NCBI RefSeq assembly: GCF_000143415.4
Contig: NW_003314287.1
Location: forward strand, 766,203-830,202
Direction: 5' to 3'
Length of the DNA: 64,000 nt
Source: Selaginella moellendorffii
Lineage: Eukaryota; Plantae; Lycopodiophyta
The translations under genes were made by a program, and so were the position numbers. The notes beneath the pieces are model-generated. The model saw nothing but the letters and a program-made list of their open reading frames with translations, had not been told where the DNA came from and searched no databases. The number at the start of each line of letters is the position of its first letter. Within the stretch, counting starts at the first letter, position 1. This document shows, in pieces, positions 1-12,914 of the stretch.

Positions 1-166
1 AGCGATAGTTATTAAACTTGAAATTCTTCGACATAAATTATGCACTCACAGAAGAGGTTTTCAGCACATTCTCCGGTCATTAAATTAAAAATGCAAATTA
101 ATATTATCTAGAAAATAAGCTGGTTATGGAATAAGCTTAGCCGCAAAGGATGTGCAAGTTTGTCGA

Positions 167-2704
167 TTAAACCACAAACTTGTGCACCTGGCCGTTCACT
201 TCGATCCTGCTCATGCCACCAGCACCTCCTCTCGCTGCTCCAGAGCCTCGCTCCATCACTTCCTTTCTGATCCTCATCGCTTCCTTCCACTCCCCACTCG
301 CGGCATGGATAGTGGCCAGAGCTAGCAAGTGCGAGGGATCGCCGGGAACCATGGCCAGGAGCTTCTTCGCCGCACGCTTCCCACGATCCAGATCCGAGTG
401 AAGCTTGCAAGAGCTGAGCAGCGACGTCCACATAACGTCGTTCGCTGCTGCGCATGGCAGCCTGGAAAGGAGTTCCTCCGCCTCGGCCAGGCGTCCTGCT
501 CGTCCGAGGAGATCGACCATGCAGCCGTAGTGAATCTCCTCGGCCGGGATCTGGTAGTCTTGCACCATGGAGACGAAGAACTGGCAGCCGTCGGCCACGA
601 GACCGCCGTGGCTACATGCGGAGAGAACTCCCACAAACGTGACTTCGTCCGGCTTGACGCACTCCTCGAGCATCCTTCTGAACAGCCGGAGGCTCTCCTC
701 AAAGGATCCGTGCTGCGCGTAAGCTGTGATCAGGCAGTTCCACGAGACCACGTCTCGAGCAGCCAGTGACTCGAAGATCTCCCTCGCTTCTCGCAGGCTT
801 CCGCAGCTTCCAAACATGCGGGCGACGGCATTCCCGAGCACCAAATCCAGCTCGTGAGCTCCACTCTCCACGAACTGCTTGTAGACGAGCCTGCCTTGGG
901 CCAGTCCCGAGACGTTGGAGCACGCATCGAGCACGTTGATGAGCGTCACTTTGTCCGGAGCCACGCTCTCCAGCAGCATCACCTTGAAGATCTGGAGAGC
1001 TTCCCTGTCGTAGCCATGCTCCGCGTAGACCGCGATCATCGTCGTCCACGAGACTGTGTCCCTCTCCCTCATCTTGTCAAACATCTTGCGAGCGTCCGCG
1101 ACGTTGCCGCATTTCCCATACATGTGGACGATCGCGTTTCCGATGGACACCAAGCCCTCGTAGCCGTGCTTGATGATCTGAGCGTGTGCCAACTTTCCAT
1201 AAGCCAGTGCCAGAGGAGTTGCGCACCCGTTGAGAATGCTCAAGAACACAACCTTGTCCGGCTTGAGCCCCTGGTCCTGCATTTGCTGGAAGAGCTCGAA
1301 GGCTTCCTTGTAATCCCCGTGCCCAGCGTACGCTGCTATCATCGCCGTCCAGAGAACCAGGTCGGGCTTCTCCACCCTGCTAAACACCTCTCGAGCGGCC
1401 TCCAAGCACCGGCACTTGCTGTATATGTACACGAGAGCAGTGGCGACCGCAAACTCCAGCTCCACTCCACTCTCGACGATCAACCCGTGGATCGCCCTGG
1501 TCTCCTTCAAGTCCCCGGCCACTGCCTCTGGCGAGCTCGTCGAGAAGGCGTTCACCGCAGCGCAGGCGTCGAGCATCGTCACAAAGCTGACCCGGTTGGG
1601 AGTGGTCCCGTCTTGCAGCATTCTCTTCGAGAGGACAAGAGCCTCGTCGTAGCCACCATGCTCCACAAACGCGGCAATGAGAGCAGTCCAGGAGACGACG
1701 TTCTTCTCGTCCATGCCCGCGAAAGTTTTCCGAGCGTCCTCCAGGCTGCCACACTTGCTGTACATGTCGATGAGCGCGTTGCCGACCGAGAGCTCGCCGC
1801 TGTAGCCACTCTCCACGACCTGAGTATGGATCTTCCTCCCTTCTTCGAGCCCCCGAGCTCCAGAAACCGCGCTGAGAATCGCTAGGAAAGTCACCTTGTT
1901 CGGAGCCAGCCCCTCTCCGTGCATGCATCGAAAGAGCTCCAGAGCTTCCTCCCTGGAGTGGCCATCCTGAGCGTAGAGCGATATCATCCCATTCCAGGAG
2001 ATAGCATCGTGCCGTGGAACGCCGTGAAAGATCTCGCAAGCGCTCTCGAGAGCTCCACACTTCCCATACATGTTGACGAGAGCGTTGCTGATGACTATGT
2101 CACCCTGAAGTCCAGCCTCAGTGATCCGGCTATGGATTCCAACTCCAGCCGCGAGCCTGGATGGATCCTGGCAAGCTCCAAGAGCAGCGATGAGCGCCAC
2201 CCTGTCTGGAGCCACCCCCTGGAGCTGCATTCTCCGGAAGAAACCCAGCGCGTCACTGTTCTTCCCGAACCCAGCGCACAAGGATATCATCCTCGTCCAA
2301 GAGATGACGTCCGGCGAGCCGCCAGAGATCTCCTGGAACACCGCCTTTGCCTCGTCGAAGCTCCCGGCCTTGGCATACATGCTGACAATCTGGTCGTGGA
2401 GAGGGCCGCCGCGAGCAATGCCGCTGCGCAGGATGTGAGCGTGGACGATCCGCCCCTGTGCCAAGTCCCCAGAATCGCAGCACGACTGGAGCAGGCGCGC
2501 GTAGGTCCTAGAATCCGGCACAGGGGCGCTGCTGGCGGCGTCGAGAGATTTGAGGAACTCACCGGGAGAGGGGGGGAGGTATTCTTCCTTGCCCGGCGCA
2601 GCACGCCGGTCGCGAGCGTCGTCGCCAATGCCGGTAGCTGCCGTGGAGAGGGATGATCCATGGATCGTTGTGCTGCTTCTCCTCCACCTCGTCGCGCATC
2701 GCAT
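167..2704 (-). CDS. PLS-class pentatricopeptide repeat protein with C-terminal E domain (no DYW)
   Basis: Intronless 845 aa ORF with repeated PLS motifs (NALVNMYGKCG, SWTALIAAF, PDEVTFVGVLSACSHGG, HYGCMVDLLGRAG) ending in an E/E+-like SRIEVNGQVHKF. Confidence 0.93.
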   Translation of the reverse strand: MRCATRWRRSSTTIHGSSLSTAATGIGDDARDRRAAPGKEEYLPPSPGEFLKSLDAASSAPVPDSRTYARLLQSCCDSGDLAQGRIVHAHILRSGIARGGPLHDQIVSMYAKAGSFDEAKAVFQEISGGSPDVISWTRMISLCAGFGKNSDALGFFRRMQLQGVAPDRVALIAALGACQDPSRLAAGVGIHSRITEAGLQGDIVISNALVNMYGKCGALESACEIFHGVPRHDAISWNGMISLYAQDGHSREEALELFRCMHGEGLAPNKVTFLAILSAVSGARGLEEGRKIHTQVVESGYSGELSVGNALIDMYSKCGSLEDARKTFAGMDEKNVVSWTALIAAFVEHGGYDEALVLSKRMLQDGTTPNRVSFVTMLDACAAVNAFSTSSPEAVAGDLKETRAIHGLIVESGVELEFAVATALVYIYSKCRCLEAAREVFSRVEKPDLVLWTAMIAAYAGHGDYKEAFELFQQMQDQGLKPDKVVFLSILNGCATPLALAYGKLAHAQIIKHGYEGLVSIGNAIVHMYGKCGNVADARKMFDKMRERDTVSWTTMIAVYAEHGYDREALQIFKVMLLESVAPDKVTLINVLDACSNVSGLAQGRLVYKQFVESGAHELDLVLGNAVARMFGSCGSLREAREIFESLAARDVVSWNCLITAYAQHGSFEESLRLFRRMLEECVKPDEVTFVGVLSACSHGGLVADGCQFFVSMVQDYQIPAEEIHYGCMVDLLGRAGRLAEAEELLSRLPCAAANDVMWTSLLSSCKLHSDLDRGKRAAKKLLAMVPGDPSHLLALATIHAASGEWKEAMRIRKEVMERGSGAARGGAGGMSRIEVNGQVHKFVV

Positions 2705-2791
2705 ACAAACATATAAACCCTAGGAATAAAAAACTTCGATCACTTGGGTTTTTTACACTGCCATGAAATCACCCGTTAGCTTAGTTTGTTT

Positions 2792-5700
2792 TCACTCCGG
2801 AAGCTCTAGCAGCTCAAAAACCTTCCTTTGGAAGCTCGGCTCTGCCGAATTGAGAATCTGTCCCGCTAGGAGAAATATATCTTCGTCTTTCAAGCATCGC
2901 TTCATACGTTTCAAGACGCTCGCGGCTTTCTCGACTTTCTCGGCCACCACGTAAACTCGGAGTAATCTGGAGCAAAGCGAAGGGGCAAAGAATGTCAAAA
3001 CCAAAGAGCCAACTTGCTTACCTGACGAGTGAGAAGCCATTCAGAGGTAAACCATCGGCCTCCATTTGCTCCACTATTTCGTCGGCGTAGTTCGCATCCT
3101 TCACTGCGACGCAGCCGTCCAGTAGAGCTTCTAGAAAAATTCGTGACTGGGGGATGTTGAGCTTGAGCATGACTTTGCGCAACGCAAAGCCATCTTTCCA
3201 GCTCCAGGCGGACTCGCACGTCTTGTCTTCGCCATTGGCGATGTCGAGAATTATCTGCGATGGAATTATTCGTGTGAAAATCGAATAGCTCAACTGGAAT
3301 TCATGGCGTTACCGAATCAAAGATGATGCTTGACTCAAACTCTTGTTCTTTTTGCAAAAACGTCTCCAAATGCCTGTCCTATACGAGTCATATCGGAATA
3401 GCAGGAAATATATCATGATAGCATACCCCAGTTCGTTGTGTATCACGCATGCCTTTGTGGCCACCATCAGTAGCCTGATTTTGTTTTCCTTCTTAAAACG
3501 ATCGTTCTTTTTGGAGCCAGGGTCCATGGAGTGTTTGTCAACAAGTTCAAACATCCTGTCCAGCTTGCCTGCATATCCTAACGCTCTCTGCAAAGGCACC
3601 CACGCCGCTTAGCTAGCATCTTAGCATCCAAGAATGCACTCACAACTAGACTGCCAACAGAGAACAAGTCTGGAGTCTTGCCATCACGTAAAATATCGTC
3701 GTAGCACGTAAGCGCCTCGTCCACGCGCTTTTCTTCAGCCAGTCCGTCAAGAAGAGTGCTCTTTGCATTTATCCCAATCCGGAAACTGACTTCAGGGTCT
3801 TTAAGCATCTGCACAAACATGTGAAGGATACATACACCCTTGGAAAGGAAACTAATTACCTCAAGTGCTTTATCCAGTTCTCCGTCTCTTATCAATGAAC
3901 TGAAAAGAGATGCATACACAGAATCCGTAGGCTTCACTCCCAGAGTTTTTAGCCTTTCGAACACCTGCGCCCATGAAAGCACTCAGTCACCAGAAACACA
4001 ACAAGTGCCATTATAGTGTTTCACCTCTAACGCTTTTCCTGAGTCCGGGCTGCAAGTAATCAGTTCTAGCATTGTTCCGGAATCTGGCTTCACACTATCG
4101 TTTTCCATGTCATTCAGTACGGTAAGTGCTCGATGGTATTGTCTCTGCAAAAATTAACATGAAAACGTTAAAATTTTGCTTTACGACGCTTCGTATTCAC
4201 CGAAGCCCCCAAGGCCTGGATGACGGCGTTATATGTTTCTGATGTGCGTGGCAAGCGCAACTCCTTCATTTCACGTAGCGCACTGAACATCTTCTCAACC
4301 TACAGAAATAAACAAGCCAATACGAATTACATAACCAGGAAGATAACCACTTACGTTGTTAGCTTTTGCAGACGCTCGAAGGAAATAATTGTAAGCCTCG
4401 TATGATGGCTGAACATTCATTCTTTTCATTGCCGCAAACAGCTCAAAGACCTGAAGGAACAAAGAATAATAAGAAAAGAAAAAGCAGGACAAAAAAGCTA
4501 ACCCCTTCAGGATGCGAGTCGTGTAGAAAAGCTATCATGAGAGGCTGAAAAACATCAGAGCCCAGCTGCACACCCTTCTCGTGCATTTCCTGAATTAGAT
4601 CCAGTGCTTGATCGATCTACAAATCCTGCAATGTAAGTCTTATCCATAGTAAAGTCGAAAAGAACAACCCCACATGAAACTCACGTACTTGACTCGACCG
4701 GCAAGCGAGGTTGATAAGCATGCTGTAGGTGGTACTAGATGGCGTCACCTTGAAAGTGCGAGCCATTCGTCCGCATTGCTGAATTGCGACGTCCAACTGC
4801 AGATGAGAAATAAAAAATAAAAAATCAAAACCTCGAGCTTACATCAGTTGCGATCTACCTTACTGGTTATAACGATGCCTTGCACAAACGAAGCCAGATA
4901 CTCAGTCATTAGCTCCTCACCAACGCCTGTGAGAACAAGAATCATTCCATAATCAGTCTCTAGCTTCCAGAAAATTTCACAAACAGCGTACCTAGTTTTT
5001 GCACGTCAGTGAAGTAACGCTCGGCATCAGCATACCTCCCCAGCCTCCCAAAGCTCTTGAAAAGGCTGGTGTAGCACGAGAGTCCATCGCCTTTGATCCA
5101 CTCCAGAATCTCCTCAAACTCGGAAGTTTTATCGTTCTCGAGGAACCAAGTAACGAGCGGCTCGTAAGTGCTTCCATTCGGAGTGATCCCCTTTTCTCTC
5201 ATCTCGTGGAGATACTTGAGACTCTCCAGCATGCATTTCTCAGCCTCTTCCTCGCGTGATTCTTGCGACTCGGCAGCATCGAGAGAGCTGAGAGCTTTCC
5301 TGGCACGGCTGACAAAATGCCGGATCATGGTCGTGTAAGCATCCACGGGTTCCACGCCAACTTTGAGCATCTGCTGGAACATCGGCTGGCCGATCATCGC
5401 TCCTCCCTTTTTGATCCACTGGGACATGAGATACAAGTACTGCGTCGGCTTCATGTCCACCACTTGCTTCCATCGCCGCTTCCTCAGCCTCTGGAGCGTG
5501 AGAGTTGCCGGATTGTTGGTCTTGAGGTGGAGCTTCTGCAAATCGGTGGTCGCAAACTTTGGATTTCCTGGCTGCGTTTGGAGGAGCTTGGAAATTCCCT
5601 GGATCAGAGGGTGACTGCTGTCCGATGCTTGCGAGAGGAAGCTACTGCTGCTGCTGCTGCAATTGCTGTTCTGCCAGGACTCCAAAATTTGATCCTCGGC

Positions 5701-5843
5701 GCCTTTGATGCATGCTAAGCAGAGCGCGAGTCGTCAAACAAGAATGCCGGTGGATCGATGCCGAGAGAGAGCATACCTGGGATGGAGGACGAAGAGAAGA
5801 GGCGCCTGGCAGTGGAATGCGAGGCGAGCGCCCTCCACCTCAT
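2792..5843 (-). CDS. P-class PPR protein, multi-exon (exon boundaries approximate)
   Basis: Chain of minus-strand ORF pieces with P-type repeats (MREKGITPNGSTYEPLV, GVKPTDSVYASLF, NVQPSYEAYNYFL) separated by short GT-AG introns. Likely ATG at 5843 (MRWRALASHSTARRLFSS, mitochondrial-presequence-like); stop at 2792. Confidence 0.75.
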
Positions 5844-5868
5844 AAACCCTAAGTCTTAAGAACCCTAA

Positions 5869-7884
5869 ATGCTGTTGCTCACGACGAGAAGACGATCGAT
5901 CTTCGCATTCGTTCGCTACTGCAGCTGCTCGGCATCGGCAGAAGCTCTCGGAAATCCTTCTCGCAATGAAGAATCCCAGCGGGTTCTCCGCCAAATCGCT
6001 GAATCCGGGAGCTTGGACGAGGCATGGGCGGCGATCGAGAGCCTGGAGAACCCTCCGGCGGCGCTGCTCTTCGACTCGATCACGGCATTTGCCCGGATCG
6101 GGGATTCTAGGTCGGCATTCCACCTCTTCCGCAGGATACTACTCCAGGGCGTGCCGCCGAGCTCCCACATCCTCGTCCCTCTCCTCAAGCTCTGCTCCAC
6201 AGTGGTGTTCTTGGCGGTCGGGAGGACGATCCACGCCATGGTCGCGGAGCGCGGGCTCGATCGCGAGATCTTCGTGGGAAACACGATCATCACCATGTAC
6301 AGGAAGTGTGGCGCCATGGCCGACGCGATCGACTACTTCCGGGCGATGCCCCAGCGCAACACAATCTCCTGGAACGCGATCGTCACGGCATTTGCCGAGA
6401 ATGGGGATCGAGAGGAGGCGATGGATTCCTTCCACCGGATGCAGCACGAGGGCTTCTTGCCAAACCGGGTGACCTTCCTGGCGATGCTGGGATCGCTGAG
6501 TGGCAAGAACGCGCTGATCCAAGCCACGAGACTCCACGATCTTCTCCTCGCCAGTGGAATCGCGGTGGAGCCGAGCGTTGCCAACGCGATCCTTAACGCT
6601 TGCAGCAAGAACGGTGGCCTGATTGCCGCGAGGAGAGCTTTCGATCGAACGCTCCACCGGGACATCATCACCTGGACGACGATGATCGACGCCTACTCCG
6701 AGAGTGGGATCTCCAGCGCCGCGTTCCAGCTCTTCCGGCTCATGCTCCACGACGGCCACCTCGTTCCAAACAAGATCACCTTCGTGGCGCTGCTCAAGGG
6801 CTGCTCGATCCTGCCCGAGGCTCGCTTCCTCGACGCGATCATCCGCGAGAGTGGCTACGAATCCAACTCCATCATCGCCAACAATCTCATCAAGGCCTTC
6901 TCGCGGTGTGGCAGCCCGGATCACGCTCGCGCGGCGTTCGAGCGAGTGATCTCCAAGGACACCATCCTCTGGACTGGAATGATCACCGCCTACGCGGAGC
7001 ACGGCCTCCACGACGAAGCTCTCCGGCTCTACGCGCTCATGCAAAGCGAGGGGCTCGCCCCGGACAGGATCACTTACACGACCATCCTCGACGTTTGCGC
7101 GAGGTCCACCGCCATCGCCGAGGGGAAGCTCGTCCACGCCGCCATCGCCAAGAGCGGCATCGAGCTCGACACCGCGCTGGAGAACTCCATCCTCAACATG
7201 TATGGCAAGTGTGGAAAGATGGCGGAGACGCGGGACTTCTTCGCCAGCATCCGCCACCCGGACTTACTCTCCTGGTCGATCTACATCTCGTCTCACGCTC
7301 ACCACGGTCACGGGCGACGAGCTCTGGAGCTCTTCCGCGAGATGGTCCACGCCGGAGTAGAGGCCGACTACTCGGCCTTCGTCAACATCCTCTCGGCTTG
7401 CCGGCACGCCGGTTTGGTGAGCGAAGGCTGCGAGATCTTCCACCGGATGGTGGCCGACTGTGGATTCGCCGCTCGCTCCGAGCAGTACTGCTGCCTGGTG
7501 GATCTCCTGGGACGATCCGGACGACTCGACTTGGCGGAGGAAGTTCTTCGCGGCATGCCTTTCCGTCCGGGGCAAGTAACGTGGAAGGCATTTTTGAGTG
7601 CGTGCAAGCAACAGGGAGACTTGGAGCGAGCAAAGCTTGCTGCGGACAAAGTTTTGGAGATTGATCCGGGCAGCACCTCGGCGTTTGTGGTGCTGTCCAA
7701 TACACTCAAGGAGGAGCCCAGCGGTGTCACGCATGAGCAAGAGATGGCTTGCGCGGTGGTGGAAGAAAGCTTGGAGCTCGAGCAAAGTGGTGTCCAAGAA
7801 AAAAAAGAAGTACAAGGGAATGCGATGCGTTATAACTTGCGTGCTACGTGGCGGAAGGGCTCTGGTCGGGAATCGCTTCTTTAG
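5869..7884 (+). CDS. PLS-class PPR protein with E-like C-terminus
   Basis: 671 aa ORF with PLS repeats (GNTIITMYRKCG, SWNAIVTAFA, YCCLVDLLGRSG, TWKAFLSAC). Confidence 0.92.
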   Translation: MLLLTTRRRSIFAFVRYCSCSASAEALGNPSRNEESQRVLRQIAESGSLDEAWAAIESLENPPAALLFDSITAFARIGDSRSAFHLFRRILLQGVPPSSHILVPLLKLCSTVVFLAVGRTIHAMVAERGLDREIFVGNTIITMYRKCGAMADAIDYFRAMPQRNTISWNAIVTAFAENGDREEAMDSFHRMQHEGFLPNRVTFLAMLGSLSGKNALIQATRLHDLLLASGIAVEPSVANAILNACSKNGGLIAARRAFDRTLHRDIITWTTMIDAYSESGISSAAFQLFRLMLHDGHLVPNKITFVALLKGCSILPEARFLDAIIRESGYESNSIIANNLIKAFSRCGSPDHARAAFERVISKDTILWTGMITAYAEHGLHDEALRLYALMQSEGLAPDRITYTTILDVCARSTAIAEGKLVHAAIAKSGIELDTALENSILNMYGKCGKMAETRDFFASIRHPDLLSWSIYISSHAHHGHGRRALELFREMVHAGVEADYSAFVNILSACRHAGLVSEGCEIFHRMVADCGFAARSEQYCCLVDLLGRSGRLDLAEEVLRGMPFRPGQVTWKAFLSACKQQGDLERAKLAADKVLEIDPGSTSAFVVLSNTLKEEPSGVTHEQEMACAVVEESLELEQSGVQEKKEVQGNAMRYNLRATWRKGSGRESLL

Positions 7885-7999
7885 CGGGGCAGCACAAATT
7901 TAGCTCGAGCGCTGGTGGTTTTAGACGCTGGAGGGAGCGATGGCGGAGGCAAAGATCGGGCAGAGTACGTTCTTCTTTCCCTCTCGAGCGAGCATCACC

Positions 8000-8867
8000 A
8001 TGCTAGCTCGCTTGATCGTCCTCGTGCTGCTGGTCTTGGCTCTTGGCGCAGGCTCCTCGTCTCATGGAGAAGGCAGGCACGCCGAGATGACTCCACTGCA
8101 GAAGCACGTCGCGTTTTTCGATCGAAATGGCGATGGTATCGTTTATCCGTGGGAGACGTACACAGGTTTGTGGCTCCATTTTTCTTCTTCGCTCTCTCGA
8201 GATCGACGTGAGCTTATGACAGGATTTCGAGCTCTGGGATTTAACGTCCCCACCTCGTTTTTCGCCATGGTTGCTATCAACGGTGCTTTGAGCTATCCAA
8301 CTCTTGAGGTCCGTGAAAACTTGGGTTTCTTTCTACTCTTGTTTGATATTGATTTGTGCTTGTTCTAGAGCTGGATTCCCTCTCCAAGATTTCCCATCTA
8401 TGTGAAGAACATCCACCGAGCAAAGCATGGAAGTGACACGGGAGTTTATGACCATGAAGGCAGGTTAGTGTTTTGGAGATTCTTTCTTCCTTATCATTGC
8501 TTTTCTCATTTTTATTTTCTTTTCACATCAGGTTCGTCCCTGCTCACTTTGAACAGCTCTTTGCAAAATTTGCAGGAACGCACCAGGATAAATTGTCTCT
8601 CAAGGAGATCATGGCTATGACTCGGAGCAATCGTGATGCTCTTGATTTTTTTGGATGGTATGCAAGGTTAACATTTCCTAAACATGGTTCATGAGAATGC
8701 CTGTTTTGATTCTTAGGTCTGCAGCAAAGCTAGAATGGGGTGCTGCCTTCCAACTGGTGAAGGATGAAAACGGATATGCTTCTAAACAGTCTATCAAGGG
8801 AATTTATGATGGCAGTTTGTTTTATGATGTTGAAAAACATTTGAAAACCAAAAGAAATAATATTTGA
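8000..8867 (+). CDS. Caleosin / peroxygenase, multi-exon
   Basis: [22 protein letters not shown] (EF-hand), GFRALGFN, proline knot ([15 protein letters not shown]), [15 protein letters not shown], ending [13 protein letters not shown]; short GT-AG introns; an in-frame ATG at 7940 is an alternative start. Confidence 0.92.
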
Positions 8868-10609
8868 AGTGAAAATTTTATTATAAATATTTCCTCGCTA
8901 AATACAATAAAAGGTTATTGCATTTGGTAGATTTCATTTTGAAAAAGCTAAATGTAATATTTACTACATTTTTATTTATAAGATAAGAAATAAGCAAGGA
9001 GGAAACTAATATAATAGAAAATGTTATAATAAAAAATTACGCATTCAGAAAACAATAAGTAACTATTTTAGTATCCACTTTTAGTACTTTATTTACTAAA
9101 AAGATGTGTTATAGCTAATAAATATTTCTTCAAAAAACTTTTTATTACATTTATTTCTAGTTCTAAATGCTTATACTATTATTAGATTTACATTCAAAAG
9201 ATTATGTTATAAAATATAGTAATCAAATATGATGGTAAGTTTTGGGAGGAGGTAAAGCTGGACAGATCTGCTTAGGTGAGTTACATTGCAAAAAATTATA
9301 TTATACTACAAGATATATCAATTTAAAACATATATTTGCTTGAATTGTTTAATCACATATATGTGACATACAAAATAATATTTAGACACAACTTTTTTGT
9401 CAAGGTATATAGATATGCCATTATAAGAAACTCTCCAATGTGTCAGTTAGTAAAAGACTCTAAAATCATAATTGAAACAATAAAGAGTTTAGACTCAATT
9501 GGGTTTTTGGTTTGATTAGGCAAACTTGTAGGGGGATTGGGATAGTAATTGATATACCTAAAATATACTTAAATATTCTAGGATATTCTACCATCTAATG
9601 GTTGTTATTCATTAGTATAATTTTGTATTTATAATTTATAAAAAATTTTATAATTTATAAACTTTTTAGTATATTATTTTTTATTCTATCATCTAATGTT
9701 TGATATGTGATAAGATTAATCTTGTATTTATAAATTACAAACATGCTTATAATTATAGATCAAAGTAAAATAACACTACTATTAAGAAAATCAAGCATTG
9801 CTACATGCAAGATGTAGCAATTTATTTATATTTATCCTCTGAGAAACCATAAAGTCTAGTTTTGACATACTTGAAACTAGGAAAGACCATATGAGGTGTA
9901 GTGATAAAGGAGGGATCAATAGAACTAGAATCTAGTTTTATGCAATCTAGATTAATGAAATTAGAGTCTAATTCTATATAGATTTTATCACTCACTCCAC
10001 AAACATATACTATCAATATTTAATGGTTATGAACTTTATGCCTTATCTAATGTCCCTAGCCTCATCTCTCCTATATGACTATGCCTACCAATATGACAAA
10101 CATGAGTTGATCATGAAATCAATGGAGGTATATTACACTTGCTTGATGTCCATTCATATGGCATCCACAGTTTCTTAGAGATATAAAAACCCCTTGAAGA
10201 TGTACAGTCTTGGATCCTATAGTGTGGTGAACTAAAGAGTGCAAAATCTCTAATAATTGTGACATTGTTGTTGTGTGGAAGCCCTCTCTTTGTTGCTATA
10301 TAGCTAATCCCTTTTAATTAAGATGTAAATAACTAAAGTGAACAATTTGAGAAATAGTCCATAAGGGTAGGGAAAGGGCTCATGAACAAGAGTGCACACC
10401 TTTTTCCAATCGTTCAAGGGTTTTGGGATATTTAGTGTGAACAGAAGCTGAGAGTTGTAGCTCTCTCTCGAGCCCTGTTCTTTTGACACCCTACCCCTTG
10501 GGTCACCACCCTACCCCTTGAGTCGAGCCTAGTCAGAGCAAATTAGACCTGCCAAATGTCAATTAATATATGGTGTGATTCCTCTACCCAATTAATAGAG
10601 TCAGATTTG

Positions 10610-10715
10610 AGACCGCTCCAATACCAAATGTAAGCTCCTAAATTTGGACTTCTCGGGAAGTCACCCAGGCTAGTATTATTCAAACCTAAAAACACTTAAT
10701 TTCAAATATCCCAAG
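10610..10715 (-). mobile_element. PBS plus LTR-end remnant of a minus-strand LTR retroelement, cut off at 10716
   Basis: + strand GCTCCAATACCAAA|TGTAAGC reads on the - strand as ...CA-TTTGGTATTGGAGC (degenerate tRNA-iMet PBS); the adjacent sequence resembles the LTR end at 44526. Confidence 0.5.
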
Positions 10716-11782
10716 TGTCGCGAATGTGACTTCAGGTATCAAAAGTTACCTGTCGGCCAATCCTTATGGACACTCTTACCTTACTGCCACGATGGCAAGA
10801 GGTCAGTATTGCTGGACCCTTTATTAGTCCCTCTTGTACTAGTGGAGTTAGCTAGGCATTTCGAGTGTACTTAGACTGGACGAGCATAAGGACGGAATTT
10901 CTACGTGTTATTAGCTAAGCATACTTAGCTCGGTAAGGAGTTCTCGTCTCATTTTGTCTTGCATTGGCTAGTGACAAGAACCCTCGCGTATTGAGATTAG
11001 TCCCTCAATATCATTGGATGATAACTTACTGTGTCTGCCAAACACCTTCGCTATCATACCTTTTGTGTTAGTCTCATTTCAGTCCCAAATACTATTTATG
11101 GAAAGTGTCTAGATTTACTCATTTGGCATATCTACAAAATGTAGAGATCCTAGAGACTAACTCCTGATACTAAGGGAGGCTTGGGGTGAAAGCCCAAAGC
11201 GTGTGTTCCTCAGGGGGGGGGGGGGGGTGTGGGGGCTTCCAAATGTATAGTAGGGATAGTAGGTAGGTCGTGCATAGCCGACCAACCTAAGGCATAGTCT
11301 AGCTCCCGTTTGCGTGCCTGTCCTTGTTCTGTGCCCGGCTTGGGTCTAAGCCCAAGTTCCATTCCATGCTAGCTGGTGGAGTACACATATTCTCATGTTA
11401 GGCCACTGGTATGCTGAAATAGCACCAAACTCTGTTTGGCTCCGTTTTGCGTGTTGGTCCTGGCATTATGATGCTAGTTGCTCCAGGACTGTTCCAAGTC
11501 ACTCCGGGCTCCTCTCCCTTCGCTCCTTGGGCTGTATGCTTGGGAGTTGTTGTGTGGTTCAGTTTCGTAATTCTTTGGCTCCAAGCTTGAGAGTTTGGCA
11601 CCATTCCTTCGTTCAGTGGCCCAAGGCCCTGAAATTCGGGTTCCACACCACTGTCCTTTGGACACGTGGCATGTGACATATGGCATTTGTCATGTGGCAC
11701 AAAGAGGGTTTAGGTTCCGCTTCGTGGTGTTATCCTATGGTAAATCACCATAGGATAAAGGGTAAAAACCACATACACTACA
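10716..11782 (+). repeat. LTR (family A), 5' LTR followed by tRNA-iMet PBS
   Basis: TGTCGCGAATG...CACTACA followed by TTTGGTATCAGAG. Homologous to 35596-46378 (same strand) and to 38414-39343 and 44526-45445 (opposite strand). Confidence 0.85.
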
Positions 11783-12914
11783 TTTGGTATCAGAGGATGA
11801 GTCTTAGCGAGTACTATTCAATGAGATTGGGCAACTAGTCTCGTTACATACGCAGAGATGAAAATGATGATCCAAGTGGGTACACGTTTGGGTGCTAAGA
11901 CTTCGCATTCGTTCCTTGGGTATGGATTTTGTTACCTTTTTGTACCATAATAGTGTGAGCTTGCTCTTGGGCTCATAGGATGGATTTGAGGTGTACCGTT
12001 TGCACGAGTTTATGCTTGGGCTCGTGTGTGAGGCACATTAGCAACTCAAGGTTACACTTTGAGTTGGCAGGATTAATGTAAGCCTATCGATGGTTCCATA
12101 AGTTGTTCCATGTACTATGGGTGGAAGTAAACTTTCCCTGGGTTTGCTATGAGTGGTAAATAGGCTAGTCTGTAGTTGTTTAGCACGGCACTAGTGGATC
12201 CTTCCTAGGCATGTTTACAAGTGGATCAATCAAGACTATAGGGATTAGTCTATTAGTTCAAGTAATCATTGCCATGCTCTCTCATAAACTTTTTTTGGAT
12301 TGAACTGAAGGCAGTGTGAATGCAAGCTTGAGGTTTGGTCAAAGATGAGACCGAAAAGAAAATCGTTAGGGACGAAAGATCAAACATGTAAATCATTCTC
12401 TCTTCTTGAGAGATGATTTGCAACGAGGTGTGACTCATTGCTCGTATTCACAGTATACAATCAAGAGTCCTTATCTTGATGCATATTAGAAGTGATGGTT
12501 TTACAAATGGTGAGTTATGGGACAGATAGCGGAGAAGCGCTAAACCATTTTGTTTAGGCTTGCCATTGAAAGACTTGGGTTACAATGCACAATTCTTTTC
12601 TGGGGAACCTTGTTATTGCTCTTTGAGTAGCTTAGTGTTGGATTAGTGTTGAGTTTGATCAAAGAGAGAGTGGCATGAGCTTATCCATGTTATAAACAAA
12701 AGTTAGTGGTGTTGGGTGTTGTAATCTCTATCGGTGGAATGTAGCATTTATGTTGCATTTTGTCAAGTTGAGTTGACACTTGATACTTACATAAAATTTT
12801 CTAGTAGTGATATGGGTGATGCTCGTAGTGTTGTTCAATGGATGATCAAGTCATTGTGAAACTTATATCATATCTATGTGATAATAAGTAATGTGTTTAC
12901 GAAGTTGCTAGGTT

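Noticed and set aside
854-7257. Long antisense and alternative-frame ORFs over the PPR genes (also over GRAS and the prenyl synthase)
   Set aside because: Shadow ORFs expected from GC-rich codon usage; no recognisable motifs.
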